From positions 29,326,001 through 29,390,000 of the forward strand of contig NC_086380.1 in NCBI RefSeq assembly GCF_036588685.1: a stretch of DNA of 64,000 bases, in the 5' to 3' direction. The stretch comes from Mytilus trossulus (Eukaryota). Of the stretch, positions 37,801 through 49,800 are shown in pieces. Under the pieces are notes generated by a model. The model searched no databases. It was given only the letters and a program-made list of their open reading frames with translations, and was not told the origin of the DNA. Positions within the stretch are counted from its first letter, which is position 1, and each line of letters starts with the position of its first letter. A program made the translations under genes and the position numbers.

Positions 37801-40800
37801 AAAATGAAAACCCTTATGATTTTTGCACCAAATCATGTCAATCTTTCATAACACAATAGCTACAAACCAAGGCTAAATCCTAGAAAATACACATGAAATA
37901 ATATTATGACCATTAAAACCCACACTACTCGTTATAATAGTTTTATTGACACATTGTTTTAACTAAATGAGATCTCCCTGCTGTATTCTGTTGTACTCTG
38001 TTATAATTGTTTTTAAAAAAAATGTATTTCACTATTTGTTCAAGGAGTGAAACATGCCAACGTAACATGCGATGAATGTTATACGTATCCTCTACGTGGC
38101 ATACGATGGAAGTGTCTCCACTGCGACAGCTACGATCTTTGCACAGTCTGTTATATGGTTGATGAACACAATGTCAATCATATCTTTAGTCGCATTCAAA
38201 GTGAGGATTCAAAAGGGTAATAATCTGCTATTTTTATCTCCATTTTTCTCCCTTTCATTCTTTACACTTTTTAGGGGATTTGGTGGTCGAGTGGTATAAT
38301 TAGCACAATTACTGTATGACAAGACTGCCAACGTTGATGTCTGTTCAATTATAATCATACTCAACAAGAATTATCTGCTTTCGACCTAAGTTCTGCACCC
38401 CGGAGTCCTTAACCAATAAAAACTAGCTCTTTAAGAGGTGATAAACACCAATTGATTAATATACACATATAAATGTATTGACAACAAAGTGAGAACCAAA
38501 TAATACGACATGAAGAGCAAAAATTAGGATACAACTGTCAACATTGTTCCAATCTTAATCGTTTACTATACAACAAACAATTGTGTCAACAAATAAATGT
38601 CACAATAGCACAATGAAGATATTTACTGACACCGAGTCACACCGAACATACAATCTATCATGTTATACAAGGACATATAAAATGAAAACACATGACCACG
38701 TAATTAAGATTTCAAGTGGGTTCAGTTCCTAGGATTTATATTTTAAGGTCAATATGTATCAGTTGTGATGTTTATACGAATATCTGTCAACAAGGGGTTT
38801 GTTTGAAGAAAAAGACGAGACGTTCTTTGACCCACCGCGGAGTAACAGTTGCAATCTCTACGAGTAAGGAAAAGAAATAAACATTCATATTCGTTACACA
38901 CAATTTACGACAATCAAAATATTTTGTACGAAGAAGCTAATTCCATTAAAAAATCGTTTCATATCTGTATTCCAGAAAAGAACTTGCAGCACGGTTTGAT
39001 GTGAAACTGACTGGCTATGCATTTGCATGTGGCATATTGGAGAATGCAGAAGTGTCGCTTCGAAAAGATAACAGAAAAAGAGGTATAAACATTACAGTTT
39101 GATTGTCATACTTTAACTTATTTTCTCTCTGTGGTAGTTTTCAAGAGAATATATCTGATAAACATGACAAGATGACATTTTAAAACATCCCAATGCGACC
39201 ACTAACTATTTTTTGGTTCTTTTTATGAACACTGAAATTAAAATAAATCGAAAAACTGCAAGTCGATACAATTTATATATCGCTTTTCATCAACAAAAAC
39301 ATCATTATAAGGATTGTTTCCAATGTTATATTGTTAGTTATTTACTTAGATGGTATTATGAGGAAACGAAATATTTACAAACATTCGTATTGTTTTTTAA
39401 CAGCAAGAGAGAGTTGTGAAAAGTCGTAGTGACCATTAATGATACTTTTTTCTTTATTTCTTTAATATATATATATATATATATATATAAAATGACTGAA
39501 TAAATAGTCAACGATCAATCTTACAAGGCGATGGATCATGTAATATGATTCTGTACACTACAAAATATAATATATAACAAGTCAAAAAGGGTACAACATC
39601 ACCATAAAATAACTATAAAATATACAAATATTAGATATTTCGGATAACAGATATCCTTCTTCAATAATAGCACGATGTCAAATGAATCATGTCAATTCAA
39701 ATTGAGACTGTATCAAAATCTTGATTTATACAATTTAAGCGAACGCTGGAACAATTTTAAAATTTCCAAACACACCGCAAAGACTACAGAAATATGCCAA
39801 AAATAAAAATAGTTATTTACGATGTGAAATGGCACAACTTTAGATTTCCAAAGGATGTGACAGTTGAGATGTAATAACTGCATTGAGGGCAGTCCTCAAA
39901 CAAAAAAATCAAAATAATCAAAAGTGTCCTTACCGATCCAGGATGGTATAAATTAGACAACGGCAGGGCAATTACAACGGAAACTACATATTAAAGCCTT
40001 CCAAACGAATAGCAGTCTAATAGTGATTGAAAAAATAAGTTTTGTATATTGAGCTTAAATAATTGAACGTGACAACGTACTTATACATCATCCCGAATCA
40101 ATGAAAACCTGTAATTTAAACGGTTATTTTAAAAATAATTTCGAACTGTAAAGCCAGTACTAAATCCGGCGTTGTTTAAAACAGGTGGTCACAGAAAAAT
40201 GAGGGACTCGTTCTATGTTTTTTCATTTATGCCCTCTGGGGAGACTGTCCGTAACTAATATATATACAACTCGTCTAAACATCAACCCAACAATGTTAGA
40301 TCTGTAAATTTGCTTTCGCAAATTTTTGGTTCTTCCCTCGCCGGGATTCGAACCCATGCTACTGTGATATCGTGACACCAAATCGCCTGCACTGCAGCCG
40401 TCCCGCTAGACCACACGACCACCTGGGCTCTCAAAAAAAGAGCTTTCGCTGGCCATATGTTACCTTTCCACGTCAGTTTTAATCTAGCGGCGTACTACAG
40501 TACATGATATATAAGACATGAAGATGTTATTGTTACAGATCAGCTAAATTATCTATAGTAAAGGATCCTACAAATTAATGTAAAATACAGTCACAGAAAA
40601 TAATTACATTCATAAGTACGTCTGAGTCAGTGACAACCCTACAACAGATGTATCCATCGGATCGCCATCAATGATGGTGATACATGGCTGTGTACATAAT
40701 GTATATACAACTCGTCTAAACATCAACCCAACAATGTTAGATCTGTAAATTTGCTTTCGCAAATTTTTGGTTCTTCCCTCGCCGGGATTCGAACCCATGC

Positions 40801-43800
40801 TACTGTGATATCGTGACACCAAATCGCCTGCACTGCAGCCGTCCCGCTAGACCACACGACCACCTGGGCTCTCAAAAAAAGAGCTTTCGCTGGCCATATG
40901 TTACCTTTCCACGTCAGTTTTAATCTAGCGGCAATATATATACGAGTCTAAATTGAAAACTACGTTCAAACCTATGATTGCGTTGGATAAAAACCGCAAT
41001 TTTTATACGTGTGCATGTCAAACAAATTTCGTTGTAGAAGGGTCTAAAAACAGCACAAACAACATTTTCCAAAAGACCAAAAATGTGAAAAAGTATATTT
41101 AAACAAAACGCATTTGACTAACAGGTCGAACAACCGATGTTCTTAAACCCTGCTGACTGCCATTGACGAATGCCAAATAAAATTGATCACAAGATGTAAC
41201 AAAATGGATCTGAATATAAATTTAATACGTCACAGAAAAAAAAATTTGTTAACTTGTGGCTACGATGTTGTGCCACAAACATTCGGTGTCAATATTTCTT
41301 TAGTACACCAGATCTAGATTTCGACAATATATGTCTCTTCAGTGATGTTAGGGATCGAAACGGTATTTGAAAGGCCATATAATTTACTCTCAATTTAAGA
41401 TTGACTCTTGAATTTTAAGAGACAATATAGGATGAACGGATCATATAAACCGGAGGGAAAATATGATACATGCCCAAACAAAAAATATTAACGAGTCTAA
41501 ATTGAAAACTACGTTCAAACCTATGATTGCGTTGGATAAAAACCGCAATTTTTATACGTGTGCATGTCAAACAAATTTCGTTGTAGAAGGGTCTAAAAAC
41601 AGCACAAACAACATTTTCCAAAAGACCAAAAATGTGACAAAGTATATTTAAACAAAACGCATTTGACTAACAGGTCGAACAACCGATGTTCTTAAACCCT
41701 GCTGACTGCCATTGACGAATGCCAAATAAAATTGATCACAAGATGTAACAAAATGGATCTGAATATAAATTTAATACGTCACAGAAAAAATAAATAAATA
41801 TATATATGAAAAGATTGATTAATTCGTCTAGCTTATATATATATATATGAAAAGATTGATTAATTCGTCTAGCTTTGTCAGATGGAAAATTCAAATGAAA
41901 AGAATAATATCATGTAGAAATGTATTTGTTTACTTATATAAACTCCTTAACAACAGGTTTAAAAAATACAACGGGGTAAAAATAATTAGTTAAGGCAATA
42001 CGAATGTACATGTAATTGTACATCTTATAAACACAACTAGACATCATCAAAATCAAAACAAAGTTCAAACGTCATTTATCAAAAGTGGTTTGTAAAGAGG
42101 AATGGGTATTTTGGAAATTTTCATTTACTTTTAAAGTTAATTACAATATTTGTAAACTGTAAAGCTAAAGGGTGACATATATTTCATTTATGAAAGTGTA
42201 ATGTTAAAACGTTCAAAATCATTATCTCATGTGTATATATTCTAGGGATTGGGTACGATTTTATTCGTCACTTCCGTAAATTCATTTCTAATTATAATTA
42301 AAAAGTCGCTGTTGATAAAGATTAAGATATTCTGTTCGTATAAATAGTTTAAACACGAAATTGTAACAAATAAACTTTTTACTGATATATTACATAACAA
42401 TTGTTTCAATTCAAGGTGTAGTACTAGCAATACGTGAGGATGTAGTTGACGTACAATGGTTGACTAATCATAAAAGAAGTCGACACAATATTTTGGAACT
42501 TCAATGCGAGGTTGCAGAAGCACGGCAGTTTTATCCGGACCATCTACCGATACTCGGAAAAGGTTACAGTTATTAACTCTTTAAATCAGTATCTATAAGA
42601 CATGATAACGACTATGTTAAAATAATAATGGTACAATTTAATTTTGAATGTGCCTAAAACATTAGTATTACGGCCCTTCACTACATAATTGATAAAAGTT
42701 ATATGTATAACTCGTTTCAACATTTCACCTTCTATAAATAAGGCTCAATATTCAAACTAATGAAAAACTTTTTTTTTCTTGAATTTAATCTTAATTAATG
42801 ACATATAGGAAAAAAGGAATACATGTACCGTTGTTGCTACGCACATCATTTTTTTTATATTTCTATGCTGAACGGTTCGAAAAAGAAAGGAGTAGGGGCA
42901 TTAAGGCCTGGTTTTGGCCCAAGAAAATAAAATGATTGATAACTTTTTCAAATTGGCACATAATGTTTAGAAATGGATAGTGTCAAGAAATATCAATGAA
43001 AAACATTACGATTTTTATGTGATGACGTCACAATTATGTCATAATGTGTACTGTTTTCACAAAAACGATGAAAAATACAGTGTTTATGCAGTTTACTATC
43101 TTTATTTCTGTTGTGGAAACATGGTGCGCAGCCAAGAAACAACTTAATAATTTAACAGAAGTTTTATTATAACTATTGACAAAATCTCACCAAATAAAAA
43201 GTTGTTTCTTGGGTGCGCACATACTTTTTCAATCTAAAATATACTTAAAATTTGATGAAAAACAAAGAAAATCAAGAATTTTTACAAATTATGCAAATTA
43301 AGTCATGAATTGTTGCCATGGTAACTTGTTCAGTGTCCAAAATTGTTTTGTTTTTCTGAATACCTTGTACCTTAGATAAAGTACAGCAATTTAAAAATAT
43401 GTATGATAACTTTTGAATTTGCAGTAATTTTTGGGCCAAATAAGGGCCTTATTGCCCCTACTCCTTTGCAAGCCCAAAACAATGCATACATGTGTGCAAG
43501 ATATAGGAATTTTATATTACATTTATAAATGTAGAACGAAACTATTCAAAGTAAATAAAAAGGGAATAACGGAAAATAAAACGTATATCTAGTATTTAAT
43601 AAGTTGAAAAGAAGATTGACACTGAATGATTTCAAAAAAAGCCATTGACAATTAAACGCATTTGTCATGCTTATAATGCAATATTGTCCGATTTCATGAC
43701 AATGTCGTCAATTAAAGGTTAGCAAGACAGTGGTTGAACTATTGATGATTCGGGGATAAGACTTTCACAATGGGCGAGGTCAATCATTTGTCCTCGTTGT

Positions 43801-46800
43801 TTTCCATTTACCTTAAGATGCTGTTCTTGATTGATCCTGTTGGGAGGCAAAGAAAAAGGACATCGATAAGAAACTTAAATGAGCACACAGGGTGTTCGAC
43901 CAACAAAATATTTTATTTCACGTCAATTTGAGACCTAACGTCAATCTCTATCGAATGCATACACATAGATTAAACCATATTATTAGACCGTTACACGCTC
44001 ATAAACGCACATGCAATGAAGGTCAACGTAACTGATCCCAACGATTAATTTTGCTATTAACATTTGCTTCAAACTCTTTATAAAACGTTTTAATTGTAAT
44101 TATTTGAATAGATACTCTAGGCCATGTTGACGTTGATTTCAACCACAACAACATAACAGAAAAGGTCAGTGAATTTTGTACGTACACTGTAAGTTATTAT
44201 TTTTTTAATTTAAAACTTTTTTTAAATACGTCTTGTTTCAAATTGCATGTGATGAGTGAACTTTTTTTTCTTGATTTCATAAATTGTGTTATAATTAAAA
44301 ACACTTAAGATGCAAAAATGCTAATTGTGCCCATCTTTGGTCGTGAATTGCATCATTTCAATGTATGATGATGGAATATGTTTTAGAAAGGTATCTAATT
44401 TAGCCATGTATTTTGTTGGTGAAGTAAGAGTATACGCTATAAGGGTAAATACAAAACAAAATGACCACAATTAGAGTAGATATCTAAGTAATAGGATTTG
44501 TTTGTAAATCGTGTTTATTATAATACCTTATTGTAAATGTTCAATTTAGTAAGCTATAAAAGCAAGTTTAAACAACAATTTCCTTAGAAAAAGTATGTAC
44601 CACGTCAAGGAGAAAGTACAATGACAGTTTTTTTTTGGTTGTGTTAATTCGTTGCATTCAATTTTGTCAGTTTTAATGCATTTTCCATTTGAATTTGACT
44701 TGATATATTTGATTTACTTTTTAAATACCAATAAAATTAATCAGATTCAGGTGAACATACGGTATCGGATTGAAAAGGAACAGAAACGATCATATAAACC
44801 TGTGTTGTACCTCATTTTCGCAAATAATAAAGACACAGATCACAAAAAAGACAAATGTCTCCTAATGGATGAAGTCTTTGAATATTCAAGTAAGTAACTA
44901 AAAACTTTTAACGGTAAAGTAATTATACATACAACATATGTCTTATATATTTATAAATCTTTAATTCTCATCTCTATCGTGACAACATATCACCATAACT
45001 ATTTTGTTAGCTACATCTTTGTCTTTTCTTGATATAATTTCTATTTTTTTGTGATATAAATGAATAAATCACATTATGGTAAAAACTATAACTTTTATTA
45101 AGAAATTAAGTATGTAAATTATATTTCATATGTCACGAAGTAACAATAAACCTGACAGATTGCATTGTTAAATGTTGGCGTCTTCTGTTTTATACCGGCT
45201 GATATTTAATTAAATGTTTTAAAAATGAATAGAATCATTGTATCTCTATAATTCTGCAACGGTTATGTTACAGAAAAAACTAAATTACCATGTCATGTCA
45301 TCGGAAAGAAGGTACTGTTTCTGCATGGTTCTTCGCGAGTAGTATGTATTCACCATACCACCAGTAATCATACAATCAAGGTAAATGTAGATAACATGTA
45401 TGTATCATATAGCAAACTAATTATACCCCCGCTTTAAAAAAGGGGGGTATACTGTTTTACCTCTGTCTGTCCGTCAGTCCGTCAGTCCTTCAGTCCGTCC
45501 GTCAGTCAGTCCGTCCCATGAAACTTTCGTCACATTTTTCTCAGGAACTAAAATACAAGGATTTCTGAAATTTGGTTTCATGGTTTATCTAAGTCAGCTA
45601 TACCGTGTGATGCGTTTTCAGATTGATCACTTGACAACTTCCTGTTTACCGAACACTTGTATGATTTTACACATGATAGCCAAGTTGAAAATTTTCGTCA
45701 CATTTTTCTCAGGAACTACAATACAAGGATTTCTGAAATTTGGTTTCAGGGTTTATCTAAGTCAGCTATACCGTGTGATGCGTTTTCAGATTGATCACTT
45801 GACTACTTCCTGTTTACCGAATACTTGTATGATTTTACACATGATAGCCAAGTTGAAAATTTTCGTCACATTTTTCTCAGGAACTACAATACAAGGATTT
45901 CTGAAATTTGGTTTCAGGGTTTATCTAAGTCAACTATACGGTGTGATGCGTTTTCAGATTGATCACTTGACAACTTCCTGTTTACCGAACACTTGTACGA
46001 TTTTACACATGATAGCCAAGTTGAAAATTTTCGTCACATTTTTCTCAGGAACTACAATACAAGGATTTCTGAAATTTTGTTTCAGGATTTATATAAGTCA
46101 GCTATACCGTGTGATGCGTTTTCAGATTGATCACTTGACAACTTCCTGTTTACCGAACACTTGTACGATTTTACACATGATAGCCAAGTTGAAAATTTTC
46201 GTCACATTTTTCTCAGGAACTACAATACAAGGATTTCTGAAATTTTGTTTCAGGATTTATATAAGTCAGCTATACCGTGTGATGCGTTTTCAGATTGATC
46301 ACTTGACAACTTCCTGTTTATATTATCCACTTGCGGCGGGGGTATCATCAGTGAGCAGTAGCTTGCAGTTTACTTGTTTGTTTTACATGGTACACACGTT
46401 TTTGATTTCAGCTATCCCCTGACTCTTTGCATATATGATTCATATAATACAAATTGCATTACAATTCAGCTCTTAAAAAATACAAAAAACACTATACTAA
46501 TCATACAGGTTGTGAAGAAAAACTAAAACACAAGTCATACTTTTTTTTGAATGTTGAGTAATAGCCCATACAAATTAATACAAAAAATGTTTTTTTCGGA
46601 CTTTTGGACTTTTTAAGTGTATGTTTTGCTTTTGAATCAAGTTGTTTGTTAAATAGTAAGTTGACATAATGAATTGTTATACGTTGTTGTTTTAATCAAA
46701 CATAGGAATTAGTAAAGAAAGGATTCCGGATTTTCGAAAGAGGGGATACAAACACCAAAGAAACTGAAATTAAATACTTCATTAGAATGGCAGAATGTAA

Positions 46801-49800
46801 GTATTCCCCAAAAATAATATTAAATTTCAACAAAACAGATGATTTTGATGCATTATTATGAACTGCAATTTCTATGTAGCACCTGCATTCTGAGATGTTT
46901 ATATCCTTGTTTAAGTGATGCTCATGGGCTTGTGTTTATTTAACATGCTTTCCTAGAAAGATAGTTGCTTGCGAATCATAATCATTCCAATATTTGTCGT
47001 AATCACAATCCTGTTCACATGTTCTTTGAATTTGACATTATGACATACACTTCTTGTTTCTCAGTTGTCTGTTTTCTATGTTTTGATTTGTAATTGTTTT
47101 TTTGGATCTTTTTCTTTGTATTTGCTATGTCAGTTTAATTTTTGACTTATAAGCTTGAATGTTCCTTTGATACCTGTCGACTCTCTACTGAAAGATTAAT
47201 ATTAAATTTTATAATATTTGCATTATGATATTACTTTTACATTTTCAGATGTGTTGGATGAGAAAGTTCTGCCCGTAATTATTTCCTTACGTAATGGAGG
47301 ATTGCATAAAGACGTTTTATTCAGTGCTAGCAGTTTATTACTCCCGATTATTCGATTCAAGGTACCAAATTAATTTAACAACATGTTATTTGTTAAAGGT
47401 ATTTTTCAAAGTGATACAATGCTTTATGAAATTGTTCAGGACGGGTATCCTTCATTGAAAAAAAATTGCTATAGTTTTAGTAAGTAAGATATATGTTGTT
47501 ATTATGATGTCAAAAGATAAAACCATTTAGATATTCCATTTGATTACTATCAGGGACACTATTCTAGACAATATCTGTGCATTTCTAATAATCTGCTTTT
47601 GTAGAAAAACTGTCCAGACGCAACAATTTTAACGCTTGCAAATGATGGTTCTACTGAACAAGCAACTGAACATATCACAAATTTAAAGACTCCGTGGACT
47701 GTCAGAAAATCAGAATCCCTTATTGTAATAAAGAATGCAGAAACAGCAGAAGAAATATCAGCTATAAGTGATGTGCAAAGTAACTTGGATTTCGGAGCTT
47801 TGATATGTCATGTCGTTATTGGAGGTATGCCCGTTTCAAATAGTCCATCATTAATAGTTATCAAAGGTATCAGGATTATTATTTAGTACGCCAGTTTTCT
47901 CGTTTGAATTGTTTTACATTGTCATTTCAGGGCCTTTTATAGCTGACTATGCGGTATGGTTATGGTCTGGGCTTTGCTCATTGTTGAAGGCCGTACGATG
48001 ACCTATGATTGTTAATTTCTGTGTCATTTTGGTCTGGTTGTGGACAGCTGACACGTTGGAAATCATATCACTCTTTTTTTTTTTTTTATATTAGATGTCA
48101 TATGTATAGATATTAACGAAATTTAAAGGAATCTATGCATACATTGTTCGTGATTATGATATGCATTAACCGCTTTTTTTTAATTCCAAATAAACGATTC
48201 ATCGAATTTGCGTATAAACTACCAAATGAAGACGTCTATTTTATGTTTTTTTATGATATATAAGCATATGATCTTAACTAATGTGATGTTTATATCTATC
48301 ATGCAATCATGTTTCCTTTTTTTTGCAGTTTTCATGGCGAACAAACAAAACATATACGTAAGTTCAAATTTACCATGCTAATTAAACAACTATTTTTATT
48401 TACGTTCTTAAAAGAAACAGCACATGTAATATACCAAAGACAGTGAAACTCAAAATACAACAAACTATCGTGTGGTCTCATGTGCCTTTGAAGAGTAAGC
48501 ACATCCCAGTCCAATGGCTATAGCCACCGAGTTGCTCTTAATCACACTAGTACACTTGAGAGAGAGAAAAAACGCTTTGAAATCAATTTTAGATAACCTT
48601 TGAAGCAGATTAATCGGAACAGAGTACGACTTTCTCCAAGACAAAATAGAGACTCAATTGAAAAAAAAATCATAACCAGAATCACAGTTATTGATTGAAT
48701 AAAAACAATAAAACTATGGTTAACAATCGATCTACGCCTTTTGATCTCTAATTTCACTGTCCCTCTTGTATCTTTTAACCTTTTTTTTCACAACCCTTTG
48801 CTCCAAACTTAAGGTGCGTCTTTAGACATGTCCGAGAAATAGGTCCTCCACTGTAAATGAGAACTGGCTCATTACTGATCTTGCGAACAAGTTGTAAAAT
48901 ACAAAGGTAGGGATTCACGCCATTTCGATTTGGTAAATGTGTCTTTTCCAATAATAAGACGATTCTAAATCTTCATAACGGTAGCCAATGGAATGTTCCA
49001 AACACATCAAAATTTCAACGTGAAAATTGATCTTTTTTCAAAGCAATGTTTATAAACAATACCATGTATCAATCGTTCTATAAACTAAACAGCAACTTGA
49101 TATTAATTGATTGGTTGGTTTTATGCGTCAACTTTAGCACCGTTTTGGATAAAGCCGCATTTTCCGGGTAGAACCACCGATCTTCACACAGAAACACGTA
49201 CTTTATGCACAACGCTATAATTCTTGGGAAATGTTACTTAATTAACGCATCGTTGTATATATAATGTAATTTAATGCAACTGTCATACCAGTTAGTAGTT
49301 TAGCGATATAAAACCAGGTCCTATTACTATTTTCTTCATTTGAAAATGCCTGTACCAAGTCAGGAATATAAAAATTGTTGTCCATTCGTTTGATGTGTTT
49401 TATCATAAGATTTTGCCATTTAAGTGGGGACTTTTAGTTTAAATTTTCCTCGGAGTTCAGTATTTTGTGGTTTTACTTTTTTTCAGTAAAAATACAAACT
49501 ATTTTAGGACACAGATAAAGACGTGTACGCAAACATATTATCGATGTATCTTTTGAAGATTGAAAAATGGAAAATTCCGGAAGACGCCATCAAAATGGCA
49601 TTTGATTATCGATCTATTGAATACATATATGAAAAGGTAATGAAAATAATGAAATATATTTTTTAGTTATGACTTCAGTTATCAAACATATTTTTGCAAT
49701 TAAAAACAAATGTTATATGCTCTTCAACTTTGTATTTGTTTGGTTTATAATTATTTCGTTATGAGCGTCACTGATGATTCGTATGTAGACGAAACGCGCG

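Noticed and set aside
40335-40428. tRNA gene on the minus strand (and copy at 40776-40869)
   Set aside because: A and B boxes are present, but the acceptor stem does not pair and the unit lies in a duplicated repeat, so it was treated as a tRNA-derived element.
30908-42562. A bona fide Mind bomb (MIB1/MIB2) gene
   Set aside because: The repeats lack GPDW/QDGG motifs and no REP, ankyrin or RING exons follow. The frame continues into TRPM sequence.
45580-46422. 280-aa repetitive ORF
   Set aside because: It is the 168-bp tandem array of a Helentron-type element read in a stop-free frame, inside an intron. Nothing supports translation.
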